A stretch of DNA of 42,586 nt from a virus (IMGVR_UViG_2541047870_000002); one strand, 5' to 3'. Positions 17,351 through 28,061 are shown, counted from the stretch's first letter. Numbers and translations are program-made. Notes: generated by a model not told the origin, from the letters alone.

Positions 17351-17623
17351 GCGCTCGAATCAATATGCCTACCACACCGCTCGTGTGCGGATGAACAGTG
17401 TCAGCTCATGTAAGACAGCAGATTGTTCAACCATATGTGGAAGTGTTCCAATATCCAATTTGCGCAAAGCTTTATTATCATCTTAAGTAAGATATTGATT
17501 ATCAGATTGATTAAATAATCTTTTTTCATAGTCCCTCTTCAATATTCAGTTTTAATGGAGGGAAGAATGCGGAGTTTGTGATTTGCGTTGTAGACAGAGA
17601 AGAGTTAAACGAGTCGATTTCTC

Positions 17624-17974
17624 ATGCCTGCCTTAATCCCCAGAGCCTGCCGTGTTCGCGGCTGCCGCCATACCACAACTGACCCGTCAGGCTATTGCGA
17701 AAGCCACAAAAGCGAAGGCTGGAAGCAATACAAACCTGGACAATCCCGTCATCAGCGCGGCTACGGTTCGAAGTGGGTCAGTATCCGCGCGCGTGTCCTG
17801 AAGCGTGACAAAGGCCTGTGCCAGTTGTGCCTGCGTGCCGGTGTGGTGCGTGAGGCGAAAACCGTTGACCACATTATCCCTAAAGCGCATGGCGGCACTG
17901 ATGCTGACTGCAATCTGCAGAGTTTGTGCTGGCCGTGTCATAAGGCGAAGACGGCCCGTGAACGGCTTAAGTGA
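17624..17974 (+). CDS. HNH endonuclease (terminase-associated, HK97 gp74-like)
   Basis: Cys pairs and HNH core (…CQLCLRAG…VDHIIPKAHGG…CWPCHKAK…); located directly upstream of terS. Confidence 0.8.
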   Translation: MPALIPRACRVRGCRHTTTDPSGYCESHKSEGWKQYKPGQSRHQRGYGSKWVSIRARVLKRDKGLCQLCLRAGVVREAKTVDHIIPKAHGGTDADCNLQSLCWPCHKAKTARERLK

Positions 17975-18000
17975 TAATAATTCTCAACTGTTTGAGGGTA

Positions 18001-18060
18001 GGGGCGGGTCCAATCCCTGTGACCTGACGTCTTCCGGACTGCCCGCCCCATCGTTTTTTT
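18001..18060 (+). other. GC-clamped long hairpin plus T7 between HNH and terS: terminator and/or cos-region element
   Basis: GGGGCGGG…CCCGCCCC inverted repeat followed by TTTTTTT. Confidence 0.35.
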
Positions 18061-18099
18061 ATACCCGCGAAAAATGAAATTTAACCAGGAGTGCCGCAT

Positions 18100-18594
18100 A
18101 TGGCTGGAACGGCGGGGCGTTCCGGGCGTCGCCCCAAGCCAACGGCGCGCAAGGCGCTGGCCGGAAACCCCGGCAAGCGAGCCCTGAATAAAGATGAACC
18201 TGTTTTTACGCCCATCAAAGGTGTTGAGCCACCGGAGTGGTTCGCTGAAGAAGATCTCCCTCTCGCTACGATCATGTGGCAACTGACAACTAAAGAACTC
18301 TGCGGTCAGGGCCTGCTGTGCGTGACTGACCTCGCGGTGCTTGAGCGGTGGTGCGTGGCCTACGAGTTCTGGCGACGTGCCGTGAAAAATATTGCCAGAC
18401 AGGGCAACACCATCACCGGTGCAATGGGCGGTATGGTCAAAAATCCGGAGCTGACCGCCAAAAAAGAACAGGAGTCCGAGATGAGCAGTACGGGGGCAAT
18501 GCTCGGACTCGACCCCAGCAGCCGCCAGCGTCTGATTGGCCTGGCGGGGCAGAAGAAAGCCACTAACCCGTTTCTGAAAATCATCGAATCATGA
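18100..18594 (+). CDS. terminase small subunit (P27-type)
   Basis: ATG with AGGAG RBS 9 nt upstream (track ORF begins at GTG 18091); basic N-terminus; upstream of terL with overlapping stop/start. Confidence 0.8.
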   Translation: MAGTAGRSGRRPKPTARKALAGNPGKRALNKDEPVFTPIKGVEPPEWFAEEDLPLATIMWQLTTKELCGQGLLCVTDLAVLERWCVAYEFWRRAVKNIARQGNTITGAMGGMVKNPELTAKKEQESEMSSTGAMLGLDPSSRQRLIGLAGQKKATNPFLKIIES

Positions 18595-20324
18595 GCCGGA
18601 AATCTTACCCCAACGTAAATGCTGCCAATCAGTATGCCCGTGATGTCGTGCGCGGAAAGATTGTGGCCTGCCAGTTTGTGATTCAGGCCTGCCAGCGCCA
18701 TCTTGATGACCTAATGGAGGAAAAAAGTAAGTCGTTTCGTTACCGCTTCGACAAGGACCTGGCTGAACGGGCCGCGAAATTTATTCAGCTGTTGCCGCAC
18801 ACCAAGGGTGAGTGGGCATTTAAGAGGATGCCCATCACGCTGGAGCCGTGGCAGCTCTTTGTGATCTGCTGCGCGTTTGGCTGGGTCAATAAAGGCTCCC
18901 GGCTGCGCCGCTTCCGTGAGGTGTATACCGAAATCCCCCGTAAGAACGGCAAATCGGCAATCTCTGCCGGTGTCGCCCTGTATTGTTTTGCCTGTGATAA
19001 CGAGTTCGGCGCGGAAGTGTATTCCGGTGCCACGACGGAGAAACAGGCATGGGAAGTCTTTCGCCCGGCAAGACTGATGTGTAAACGCACACCCATGCTG
19101 ACGGAAGCGTTCGGGATTGAGGTTAACGCCTCAAACATGAACCGTCCGGAGGATGGTGCGCGTTTTGAACCGCTGATCGGTAACCCCGGTGATGGTTCAT
19201 CACCCCACTGTGCGGTGGTGGATGAATATCACGAGCACGCCACAGATGCGCTTTACACCACGATGCTTACCGGGATGGGGGCGCGACGTCAGCCACTGAT
19301 GTGGGCTATCACTACCGCCGGGTACAACATTGAGGGGCCGTGCTACGACAAACGGCGGGAAGTCATCGAGATGCTCAACGGCTCGGTGCCTAACGATGAA
19401 CTGTTCGGGATCATCTATACCGTTGATGAAGGTGACGACTGGACCGACCCGCAGGTGCTGGAAAAAGCCAATCCAAATATTGGCGTGTCGGTTTATCGCG
19501 AATTTTTGTTAAGTCAGCAGCAGCGTGCGAAAAATAACGCCCGTCTGGCAAACGTCTTTAAAACAAAACACCTCAATATCTGGGTGTCGGCGCGTTCGGC
19601 GTATTTCAACCTGGTGAGCTGGCAGAGCTGCGAGGATAAATCACTGACTCTTGAGCAGTTCGAGGGGCAGCCGTGCATTCTGGCCTTTGACCTGGCGCGT
19701 AAGCTGGATATGAACAGCATGGCGCGACTTTATACCCGCGAGATTGACGGTAAAACGCATTACTACAGTGTGGCCCCGCGTTTCTGGGTACCGTATGACA
19801 CGGTGTACAGCGTCGAGAAAAATGAAGATCGACGGACAGCCGAACGCTTTCAGAAATGGGTGGAAATGGGCGTTCTGACCGTTACCGATGGTGCGGAGGT
19901 GGATTATCGCTACATCCTCGAGGAGGCCAAAGCGGCGAACAAAATCAGCCCGGTCAGTGAGTCACCCATCGACCCCTTCGGGGCGACCGGGTTGTCACAT
20001 GACCTTGCTGATGAAGACCTGAACCCCATCACTATCATTCAGAACTACACCAACATGTCCGACCCGATGAAAGAGCTGGAAGCGGCAATTGAATCGGGGC
20101 GCTTTCATCATGATGGCAATCCCATCATGACCTGGTGTATCGGCAACGTGGTCGGCAAAACCATTCCGGGTAACGATGATGTGGTGAAGCCCGTTAAAGA
20201 GCAGGCGGAAAACAAAATCGATGGTGCAGTTGCGCTGATTATGGCGGTTGGCAGAGCCATGCTGTACGAGAAAGAAGACACGTTGTCTGACCACATTGAG
20301 TCCTATGGGATCCGCTCGCTTTAA
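18591..20324 (+). CDS. terminase large subunit
   Basis: 577 aa; Walker A-like IPRKNGKS; nuclease domain in C-terminal half; canonical position. Confidence 0.9.
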
Positions 20325-20335
20325 CTGAGGTAATT

Positions 20336-20518
20336 ATGATCATGCTGATTCTCGCGCCTCTGGTGGGCGTGCTGGGGGCGCTTTTGCTGGCGTATGGTGC
20401 CTGGCTGATTTATCCCCCGGCGGGGTTTGTTGTTGCCGGGGCGTTGTGCCTGTTCTGGTCGTGGCTGGTGGCGCGATATCTTGACCGTACACAGTCGTCT
20501 GTCGGCGGAGGTAAATAG
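20336..20518 (+). CDS. small hydrophobic protein (two TM helices)
   Basis: 60-aa ORF between terL and portal, RBS TGAGG. Confidence 0.35.
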
Positions 20519-21759
20519 TGTTCTTTTCGGGATTATTTCAACGAAAAAGTGACGCGCCGGTGACCACGCCAGCAGAGCTGGCGGATGCTATCGGGCTGTC
20601 ATATGACACCTATACCGGAAAGCAGATCAGCAGCCAGCGGGCCATGCGACTGACGGCGGTTTTTTCCTGCGTCAGGGTGCTGGCAGAGTCGGTCGGGATG
20701 TTGCCCTGCAGTCTGTATCACCTGAACGGCAGCCTGAAACAGAGGGCCACCGGCGAACGTCTGCATAAGCTGATCTCCACGCATCCCAATGGCTATATGA
20801 CGCCGCAGGAGTTCTGGGAGCTGGTGGTCACCTGTCTGTGCCTGCGGGGAAACTTTTACGCCTACAAAGTGAAAGCATTTGGCGAAGTGGCTGAACTGCT
20901 GCCCGTCGATCCCGGCTGTGTGGTACCGAAGCTTAACAGTAGCTGGGAGCCGGTCTATCAGGTCACATTCCCGGATGGCTCCACGGATGTACTGAGCCAG
21001 GAGGATATCTGGCATGTGCGCACGCTGACGCTGGACGGACTGGTGGGGCTGAATCCCATCGCCTATGCCCGCGAGGCAATATCGCTGGCGGCAGCGACCG
21101 AAGAGCACGGGGCCAGACTGTTCAGCAATGGCGCGGTGACGTCGGGTGTGTTGCGTACAGAGCAGACGCTGTCAGATCAGGCTTATGAGCGCCTGAAGAA
21201 AGATTTTGAGGAGCGTCACACCGGGCTTGGCAATGCTCACCGCCCGATGATCCTTGAGATGGGGCTGGACTGGAAGTCGATGGCGCTGAACGCCGAGGAC
21301 AGCCAGTTCCTGGAAACCCGCAAGTTTCAGCTTGAAGAAATCTGTCGTCTGTTCCGGGTGCCGTTGCACATGGTGCAGAACACCGATCGCGCCACCTTCA
21401 ACAATATCGAAGAGCTGGGGCTGGGATTTATCAACTATTCACTGGTGCCGTATCTGACCCGCATCGAACAGCGGATCAACACCGGACTGGTACGAAAAAG
21501 TAAGCAGGGCGTTTATTACGCCAAATTTAACGCCGGGGCGTTACTGCGCGGGGATATGAAGTCCCGTTTTGAAGCCTACGCCACCGGGATCAACTGGGGA
21601 ATTTACTCTCCCAATGACTGCCGCGACCTGGAAGATATGAATCCGCGTCCCGGTGGTGATGTCTATCTCACACCGATGAACATGACCACGAAACCCTCCG
21701 ATGGCAGTAAAGCCGGTAAGCAGAAGGATAACGCCAATGCAGACGAAACAACGTCTTGA
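20518..21759 (+). CDS. portal protein (HK97 family)
   Basis: 413 aa, GTG start with GGAGG RBS, position after terL. Confidence 0.85.
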   Translation: MFFSGLFQRKSDAPVTTPAELADAIGLSYDTYTGKQISSQRAMRLTAVFSCVRVLAESVGMLPCSLYHLNGSLKQRATGERLHKLISTHPNGYMTPQEFWELVVTCLCLRGNFYAYKVKAFGEVAELLPVDPGCVVPKLNSSWEPVYQVTFPDGSTDVLSQEDIWHVRTLTLDGLVGLNPIAYAREAISLAAATEEHGARLFSNGAVTSGVLRTEQTLSDQAYERLKKDFEERHTGLGNAHRPMILEMGLDWKSMALNAEDSQFLETRKFQLEEICRLFRVPLHMVQNTDRATFNNIEELGLGFINYSLVPYLTRIEQRINTGLVRKSKQGVYYAKFNAGALLRGDMKSRFEAYATGINWGIYSPNDCRDLEDMNPRPGGDVYLTPMNMTTKPSDGSKAGKQKDNANADETTS

Positions 21760-22387
21760 TGTACCGCTGAGTCTGAAATCTGTCAGTGACTCCGGTGAGT
21801 TTGAAGGGTATGGCTCCGTCTTTGGTGTAAAGGACAGCCACGATGATGTGGTGATGTCCGGGGCATTTGCTGCTTCCCTGCGGGCGTGGAGTGACAGAAA
21901 AGCGTTACCTGCGCTGCTCTGGCAGCACCGCATGGATGAACCCATCGGTGTTTACACCGAAATGAAGGAAGACGATGTCGGGCTTTACGTCAGGGGACGG
22001 TTGCTTATTGATGATGATCCCCTCGCAAAACGCGCACATGCACACATGAAGGCCGGTTCGTTAACCGGCCTTTCTATTGGGTACGTCCTGAAAGACTGGG
22101 AATACGACCGGAGCAAAGAAGCCTTTCTGCTGAAAGAAATCGACCTCTGGGAAGTCAGCCTGGTGACGTTCCCGTCTAACGACGAGGCGCGGATCAGCGA
22201 CGTCAAGAACGCACTGGCCCGCGGGGAAATCCCCGAACAGAAAAAAATTGAAAGAGTCCTGCGTGATGTCGGACTCTCCCGTACCCAGGCCAAAGCATTC
22301 ATGGCCGGGGGCTATGGCGCACTGTCCCTGCGCGACGCTGAGGATGTGGGCTCTGCACTGAATGCACTGAAAAATCTGAACTTCTAA
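21737..22387 (+). CDS. prohead maturation protease (HK97 family)
   Basis: Position between portal and capsid; ORF track 21701..22387 with start moved to internal ATG. Confidence 0.75.
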   Translation: MQTKQRLDVPLSLKSVSDSGEFEGYGSVFGVKDSHDDVVMSGAFAASLRAWSDRKALPALLWQHRMDEPIGVYTEMKEDDVGLYVRGRLLIDDDPLAKRAHAHMKAGSLTGLSIGYVLKDWEYDRSKEAFLLKEIDLWEVSLVTFPSNDEARISDVKNALARGEIPEQKKIERVLRDVGLSRTQAKAFMAGGYGALSLRDAEDVGSALNALKNLNF

Positions 22388-22401
22388 TCAGGAGAAATAC
22401 G

Positions 22402-23607
22402 ATGGCGGTTGATATTAAAGATGTCGAACAGGTCGCGCAGGAGCTGCAGCAGAAGTTTGACGACTTCAAAGCAAAGAACGACAAGCGCGTGGATGCGATT
22501 GAGCAGGAAAAAGGCAAACTTGCCGGGCAGGTGGAAACCCTGAACGGGAAACTCAGCGAGCTGGAAAACCTCAAAAGCGATCTTGAAAAAGAGCTGCTTG
22601 AGCTGAAACGTCCGGCAGGTGGTGCGCAAAATAAACTGGCCACCGAGCATAAAGAAGCGTTTGTGGGCTTCCTGCGTAAAGGCCGTGAAGATGGCCTGCG
22701 CGATCTGGAGCGCAAGGCATTACAGGTGGGCACCGATGAAGACGGCGGCTATGCCGTGCCGGAAGCACTGGATCGCAACATTCTCACCCTGCTGAAAGAT
22801 GAAGTGGTGATGCGCCAGGAAGCCACGGTGATCACCGTTGGTGGTTCCGACTACAAAAAACTGGTGAATCTGGGCGGCACGGCTTCCGGATGGGTTGGCG
22901 AGACTGACGCGCGCTCCCAGACTGCCACCTCAAAACTGGGCCTGATTGAACCTTTCATGGGGGAAATCTACGGTAACCCGCAGGCCACCCAGAAAATGCT
23001 GGATGATGCCTTTTTCAACGTGGAAGCATGGATCAATAGCGAGCTGGCAACCGAATTTGCCGAACAGGAAGAAATTGCCTTTACCACCGGCGATGGTACC
23101 AAGAAGCCGAAAGGGTTCCTGGCGTATGAATCCACTGATGAAACCGATAAGGTCCGGGCGTTCGGCAAACTTCAGCATATTGTATCCGGCGAAGCGACGG
23201 GGGTGACCGCAGACGCCATTATCAAACTGATTTACACGCTGCGAAAGGCACACCGCACTGGCGCGAAGTTCATGATGAACAACAACAGCCTGTTTGCCAT
23301 CCGTCTGCTTAAAGACAGCGAGGGTAACTATCTGTGGCGTCCGGGGCTGGAACTGGGACAGCCGTCCTCTCTGGCGGGTTACGGTATCGCTGAAAACGAA
23401 CAGATGCCGGATATCGCCGCTGATGCGAAAGCCATTGCATTTGGTAACTTCAAACGGGGTTACACCATCGTTGACCGTATCGGCACCCGCATTCTGCGTG
23501 ACCCGTACACCAATAAACCGTTTGTCGGTTTTTATACCACCAAGCGCACCGGCGGGATGCTGGTCGATTCGCAGGCCATCAAACTGCTGAAGATTGCAGC
23601 GGCGTAA
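22402..23607 (+). CDS. major capsid protein (HK97 fold, with N-terminal coiled-coil delta domain)
   Basis: 401 aa; coiled-coil N-terminus then capsid domain; follows protease. Confidence 0.9.
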   Translation: MAVDIKDVEQVAQELQQKFDDFKAKNDKRVDAIEQEKGKLAGQVETLNGKLSELENLKSDLEKELLELKRPAGGAQNKLATEHKEAFVGFLRKGREDGLRDLERKALQVGTDEDGGYAVPEALDRNILTLLKDEVVMRQEATVITVGGSDYKKLVNLGGTASGWVGETDARSQTATSKLGLIEPFMGEIYGNPQATQKMLDDAFFNVEAWINSELATEFAEQEEIAFTTGDGTKKPKGFLAYESTDETDKVRAFGKLQHIVSGEATGVTADAIIKLIYTLRKAHRTGAKFMMNNNSLFAIRLLKDSEGNYLWRPGLELGQPSSLAGYGIAENEQMPDIAADAKAIAFGNFKRGYTIVDRIGTRILRDPYTNKPFVGFYTTKRTGGMLVDSQAIKLLKIAAA

Positions 23608-23614
23608 TCACTCA

Positions 23615-23642
23615 GGGGCGCGGAACCGCGCCCCCTGTTCTG
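23615..23642 (+). terminator. hairpin (GGGGCGCGG/CCGCGCCCC) after capsid gene; possible attenuator
   Basis: Perfect 9-bp GC stem, 2-nt loop, followed by CTGTTCTG. Confidence 0.4.
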
Positions 23643-23656
23643 ACGGGCGAAGAATC

Positions 23657-23857
23657 ATGATCCTGAAACAAGATCTGAAATGGTCACCGGACGGTATGCG
23701 TGTTGAGGTCATTCGGGCCGGTGAGTATGACGACGGGGCGCTTCCTGCCCGGGTGCAGGAGATTGCACTTCAGGCCGGGTTATCAGAGCGCGGAATCAGT
23801 GCAAAAAGCAGTAAAGCGGCAAAAGAGAAAAAAGCCTCGACCAGTAAAGAGGGCTGA
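23657..23857 (+). CDS. small hypothetical head protein
   Basis: 66-aa ORF (track 23594..23857, internal ATG) in the head-completion region. Confidence 0.35.
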   Translation: MILKQDLKWSPDGMRVEVIRAGEYDDGALPARVQEIALQAGLSERGISAKSSKAAKEKKASTSKEG

Positions 23858-23859
23858 GT

Positions 23860-24183
23860 ATGCTTCTGACAATGGAAGAGATTAAAGCCCAACTCCGGCT
23901 GGATGAGGATTTCGATGCTGATGACCGCCATCTGCAACTGCTGGCCTGTGCGGCACAAAAGCGGACGGAAACGTATCTGAACCGGAAGCTCTATACACCG
24001 GATGAAACCATTCCGGACAGCGATCCGGACGGGCTGCACCTGCCGGATGATATTCGTCTGGGGATGCTGATGCTTATCAGCCATTTTTACGAAAACCGCT
24101 CGTCGGTTACGGAAGTGGAGAAACTCGACATGCCGCAGAGTTTTGGCTGGCTTGTCGGCCCGTACAGGTACTTTCCGCAATGA
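23860..24183 (+). CDS. head-tail connector protein (gp6-like)
   Basis: 107 aa, conserved position after capsid. Confidence 0.6.
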   Translation: MLLTMEEIKAQLRLDEDFDADDRHLQLLACAAQKRTETYLNRKLYTPDETIPDSDPDGLHLPDDIRLGMLMLISHFYENRSSVTEVEKLDMPQSFGWLVGPYRYFPQ

Positions 24184-24590
24184 AAATTCGTCAGGCGCAG
24201 ACCAGCGCAACCTACATTCTGCCGGACCCCGGTGAACTGAATAAACGCGTCCTGATCCGCCTGCGGGTGGATATGCCCGCGGATAACTTTGGCGTGGAGC
24301 CTCAATACCCGGTTACGTTCCGGACATGGGCGAAGGTTATCCAGACCAGTGCCACCACCTGGCAGGAAACCGCGCAGACCGGGGACGCCATCACCCATTA
24401 CATCACCATTCGTTACCGCCGGGGGATCACCGCTGATTATGAGGTGGTCTGTGATGACAGTGTGTACCGGGTGAAACGTCAGCGCGATCTGAACGGGGCG
24501 CGGCGCTTTCTGCTGCTGGAGTGTACGGAGCTGGGCGAATTTACGCAGAGTCACGGAGGCAGCAATGGCGACTCCCTTTTTTCACGTTGA
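24180..24590 (+). CDS. head-tail adaptor / head closure protein
   Basis: 136 aa, overlapping start/stop with neighbours. Confidence 0.5.
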   Translation: MKIRQAQTSATYILPDPGELNKRVLIRLRVDMPADNFGVEPQYPVTFRTWAKVIQTSATTWQETAQTGDAITHYITIRYRRGITADYEVVCDDSVYRVKRQRDLNGARRFLLLECTELGEFTQSHGGSNGDSLFSR

Positions 24591-25071
24591 TGTTCAGCAG
24601 CCCGCGGAGATGCGCTTTAACCGCGCCCGTGTCCGGCGGGCGTTTGTCACGATTGGTCAGCGTCATATGCGTGATGCCCGTCGGCTGGTGATGCGCCGTG
24701 CGCGGTCGGCACCGGGTGAAAACCCCGGTTATCAGACCGGACGCCTGGCTCGTTCGATTGGTTACATGGTGCCGGGAGCCAGTAAAAAGCGAGCCGGTTT
24801 TATGACACGTATAGCCCCTAACCAGCGCACCGGGAAGGGGAACCGGATGATCTCTGGTGACTTCTATCCGGCGTTTCTGTTTTTTGGTGTCCGGGGAGGA
24901 GCAAAACGTCGTCGCAGTCATCATCGTGGTGCATCCGGTGGCAGCGGCTGGCGACTGGCTCCACGTAATAACTTCATGGTGGAAACGCTTGAAAAGAACC
25001 GCAGCTGGACACGCTATTTTCTGGCGCGGGAATTACGTAAATCACTGAAGCCGGAGCGACGACACAGATGA
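24565..25071 (+). CDS. HK97 gp10-like neck protein
   Basis: 168 aa, basic, position. Confidence 0.5.
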   Translation: MATPFFHVDVQQPAEMRFNRARVRRAFVTIGQRHMRDARRLVMRRARSAPGENPGYQTGRLARSIGYMVPGASKKRAGFMTRIAPNQRTGKGNRMISGDFYPAFLFFGVRGGAKRRRSHHRGASGGSGWRLAPRNNFMVETLEKNRSWTRYFLARELRKSLKPERRHR

Positions 25072-25628
25072 AACTGACGCCTGTTATTGCTGCGCTGCGT
25101 GCCCGCTGTCCGTATTTTGAAAACCGGGTTGCAGGCGCGGCCCAGTTCAAAAATCTGCCGGAGGTCGGAAAGCTGAAACTCCCGGCGGCATATGTTGTAC
25201 CGGGTGATGATTCTCCGGGAGAAAACAAAAGCCAGACCGACTACTGGCAGGAGCTGAAAGAGGGTTTCTCCGTGGTTGTCATACTGAGTAACGGGCGTGA
25301 TGAGCGCGGTCAGTTTGCCTCGTATGATGTGGTGGACGATGTCCGGCAGATGCTCTTTAAGGCTCTGCTGGGCTGGAACCCGGAGGCGTGCGGTAACCCG
25401 ATTACCTATGACGGCGGCACGCTGCTGGATCTGAATCGTCATGAGTTGATTTATCAGTTCGATTTTTCGGTCATCAGCGAGCTGACCGAAGACGATACCC
25501 GCCAGCAGGATGATCTGAACAGTCTGGATGAACTGCAAACGCTGGCGATTGATGTTGATTATCTCGAGCCCGGTAACGGGCCTGACGGCGATATCGAACA
25601 TCACACCGAAATAACCCTTCCTTCCTGA
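25068..25628 (+). CDS. tail completion / tail terminator protein
   Basis: 186 aa, immediately upstream of sheath gene. Confidence 0.45.
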   Translation: MKLTPVIAALRARCPYFENRVAGAAQFKNLPEVGKLKLPAAYVVPGDDSPGENKSQTDYWQELKEGFSVVVILSNGRDERGQFASYDVVDDVRQMLFKALLGWNPEACGNPITYDGGTLLDLNRHELIYQFDFSVISELTEDDTRQQDDLNSLDELQTLAIDVDYLEPGNGPDGDIEHHTEITLPS

Positions 25629-25636
25629 GGATCCTC

Positions 25637-25807
25637 ATGTTTGTCAAACCTGTTAAAGGGCGGTCAGTGCCTGACCCTGCCCGCGGCGACCTTTTGCCCG
25701 CCGAAGGGCGAAATGTTGACGAGAACAACTACTGGCTGCGCCGTGAAGCAGCGGGTGATATCCGGCGCGTGAATAAAAAGGTGAACACCGATGACGATAA
25801 GCTTTAA
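25637..25807 (+). CDS. small ORF (56 aa) preceding the sheath gene
   Basis: GAGGA RBS then ATG; not in ORF track because under 60 aa; overlaps sheath start. Confidence 0.3.
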   Translation: MFVKPVKGRSVPDPARGDLLPAEGRNVDENNYWLRREAAGDIRRVNKKVNTDDDKL

Positions 25808-27287
25808 CACCATTCCGTCGAATACGCTGGTTCCGCTGTTTTATGCGGAAATGGATAACCAGGCGGCGAATACTGCACAGGACAGCGGAGCATCGCTGCT
25901 GATTGGTCATGCCAATAACGGTGCAGAGATTGTTGCCAACAGTCTGGTGCTGATGCCGTCGGCAGACTATGCACGCCAGATTTGTGGTGCGGGAAGTCAG
26001 CTGGCGCGTATGGTCGAGGCTTATCGCCAGACTGACCCGTTTGGTGAGCTGTATGTGATTGCCGTTCCGGAAGCCACAGGCGCGGCGGCAACGGTTACGC
26101 TGACGGTGACCGGGGAGGCAACCGAAACCGGCACGGTGAATGTGTATGTGGGACGTACCCGCGTGCAGGCACCGGTGACTAACGGCGATAACGTCACGAT
26201 GATTGCCAGCAGTATCCAGGATGCCATCAATGCCGTTCCGACCCTGCCGTTTACGGCTTCATCTTCGGCAGGCGTGGTCACACTGACCGCGCGTCATAAG
26301 GGGCTTTGCGGGAATGAAATTCCTGTCAGCCTCAATTACTACGGCTTCGGTGGGGGTGAAGTGCTGCCAGCAGGCGTACAGATTGCCGTGGCGACGGGGA
26401 CCGCCGGAACGGGCGCTCCGGTTCTCACCGGCGCGGTGGCTGCAATGGCGGATGAGCCGTTTGATTATATCGGTCTGCCGTTCAACGACACGGCCTCCCT
26501 TAACACGCTGGTGACCGAGATGAACGATACCAGCGGTCGCTGGAGCTATGCGCGTCAGCTTTATGGCCATGTGTATACGGCAAAGATCGGCACGCTGTCA
26601 GAACTGGTGACCGCAGGTGACCAGTTTAACCAGCAGCACATTACCCTGGCGGGGTACGAAAAAGACACCCAGACGCCTGCCGATGAGCTGGCGGCAAGCC
26701 GTACCGCCCGCGCAGCGGTGTTTATCCGCAACGATCCGGCACGTCCCACGCAGACCGGTGAGCTGGTGGGTATGCTGCCTGCGCCGAAGGGGAAACGGTT
26801 CACGATGACCGAACAACAGACCCTGCTGTCTCATGGCGTGGCAACGGCGTATGTCGAAAGCGGGGTACTGCGCATTCAGCGTGATGTCACCACGTACAGG
26901 AAAAACGCTTACGGGGTTGCGGATAACAGCTATCTCGACAGCGAGACGCTGTATACCAGTGCGTATGTACTGCGCAAACTGAAATCCGTCATTACCAGTA
27001 AGTACGGGCGTCACAAGCTTGCCAGCGACGGTACCCGCTTTGGTCCCGGTCAGGCGATTGTCACCCCGGCGGTGATCAAAGGGGAACTGCTGGCAACCTA
27101 CCGTCAGCTTGAGCGTGCGGGGATCGTGGAAAACTACGAACTGTTTAAGCAGTACCTGGTGGTGGAGCGTGATGCCAGCGATCCGAACCGCCTGAACACG
27201 CTGTTCCCGCCTGACTATGTTAACCAGTTGCGTGTCTTTGCCGTGGTTAACCAGTTCCGTCTTCAGTATTCAGAGGAGTCTGCATAA
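25791..27287 (+). CDS. contractile tail sheath protein (Mu gpL-like)
   Basis: 498 aa, AAGGTG RBS, followed by tube, chaperone pair and tape measure. Confidence 0.8.
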   Translation: MTISFNTIPSNTLVPLFYAEMDNQAANTAQDSGASLLIGHANNGAEIVANSLVLMPSADYARQICGAGSQLARMVEAYRQTDPFGELYVIAVPEATGAAATVTLTVTGEATETGTVNVYVGRTRVQAPVTNGDNVTMIASSIQDAINAVPTLPFTASSSAGVVTLTARHKGLCGNEIPVSLNYYGFGGGEVLPAGVQIAVATGTAGTGAPVLTGAVAAMADEPFDYIGLPFNDTASLNTLVTEMNDTSGRWSYARQLYGHVYTAKIGTLSELVTAGDQFNQQHITLAGYEKDTQTPADELAASRTARAAVFIRNDPARPTQTGELVGMLPAPKGKRFTMTEQQTLLSHGVATAYVESGVLRIQRDVTTYRKNAYGVADNSYLDSETLYTSAYVLRKLKSVITSKYGRHKLASDGTRFGPGQAIVTPAVIKGELLATYRQLERAGIVENYELFKQYLVVERDASDPNRLNTLFPPDYVNQLRVFAVVNQFRLQYSEESA

Positions 27288-27643
27288 TGGCCCGTATCGG
27301 GGGAACCTGTTATTTCAAAATTGACGGTCAGCAGCTATCGCTGACCGGCGGCATTGAGGTGCCCATGAACAGGACGGTCAATGATGACATCATCGGCCTG
27401 GACGGTTCAGTGGACCGCAAGGAAACTCACCGTGCGCCTTATGTCAAAGGGACCTTCAAGGTGCCGAAGAATTTTCCGGTGAGCAAAATCACCTCGTCTG
27501 ATGAGATGACCATCACTGCCGAGCTGGCGAACGGTCAGGTCTATGTATTGTCGTCCGCCTGGCTGCACGGCGAAGCGAACCATAATGCCGAAGAAGGCAC
27601 GGTTGATCTTGAGTTCCACGGTGAAGAAGGGGATTACCAGTAA
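27287..27643 (+). CDS. tail tube protein
   Basis: 118 aa directly after sheath. Confidence 0.7.
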   Translation: MARIGGTCYFKIDGQQLSLTGGIEVPMNRTVNDDIIGLDGSVDRKETHRAPYVKGTFKVPKNFPVSKITSSDEMTITAELANGQVYVLSSAWLHGEANHNAEEGTVDLEFHGEEGDYQ

Positions 27644-27912
27644 TGAAAGAGCTTGAGTTAAAGAAACCGATTATCGCTCATGGCGAGACACTCTCCGTAC
27701 TGGAGTTTGATGAACCCACCGGGAAGGATGTCCGCGAGCTGGGGTATCCCTACCAGATGAATCAGGATGAGTCCGTCAGACTTCTGGCGCATGTGGTGTC
27801 GAAATACATTGTGCGGCTGGCGAAAGTGCCGCAAAGCTCTGTCGACCAGATGTCTCCGGCAGACCTGAATGCAGCGGCGTGGCTTGTGGCTGGTTTTTTC
27901 CTCCAGGCCTGA
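27643..27912 (+). CDS. tail assembly chaperone (G-like)
   Basis: 89 aa between tube and tape measure; contains slippery heptamer near its 3' end. Confidence 0.55.
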   Translation: MKELELKKPIIAHGETLSVLEFDEPTGKDVRELGYPYQMNQDESVRLLAHVVSKYIVRLAKVPQSSVDQMSPADLNAAAWLVAGFFLQA

Positions 27913-28061
27913 CGGCTGAATACCTCACTGATCGCTTCTTTGACTGCGCCAGCTACTGGCGCATTAATCCCTTCGAATTGCTGAATATGCCGATCAGTGA
28001 AATTCCCTTGCTGGTCAGTCAGGCAAACAGGATAGAGCAGGAGAAACGCACACATGGCTGA
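27879..28061 (+). CDS. tail assembly chaperone frameshift extension (GT-like, made by -1 frameshift from the preceding ORF)
   Basis: Overlapping -1 frame ORF; T TTT TTC slippery site at 27894-27900. Confidence 0.45.
   Translation: MACGWFFPPGLTAEYLTDRFFDCASYWRINPFELLNMPISEIPLLVSQANRIEQEKRTHG

Noticed and set aside
21985-23253. Multiple antisense or overlapping ORFs within the protease/capsid genes (for example 22299..22733, 22384..22650, 22930..23253)
   Set aside because: Fully embedded in well-supported structural genes on the opposite strand or alternative frames, with low-complexity translations; treated as spurious, as are similar embedded ORFs throughout the window
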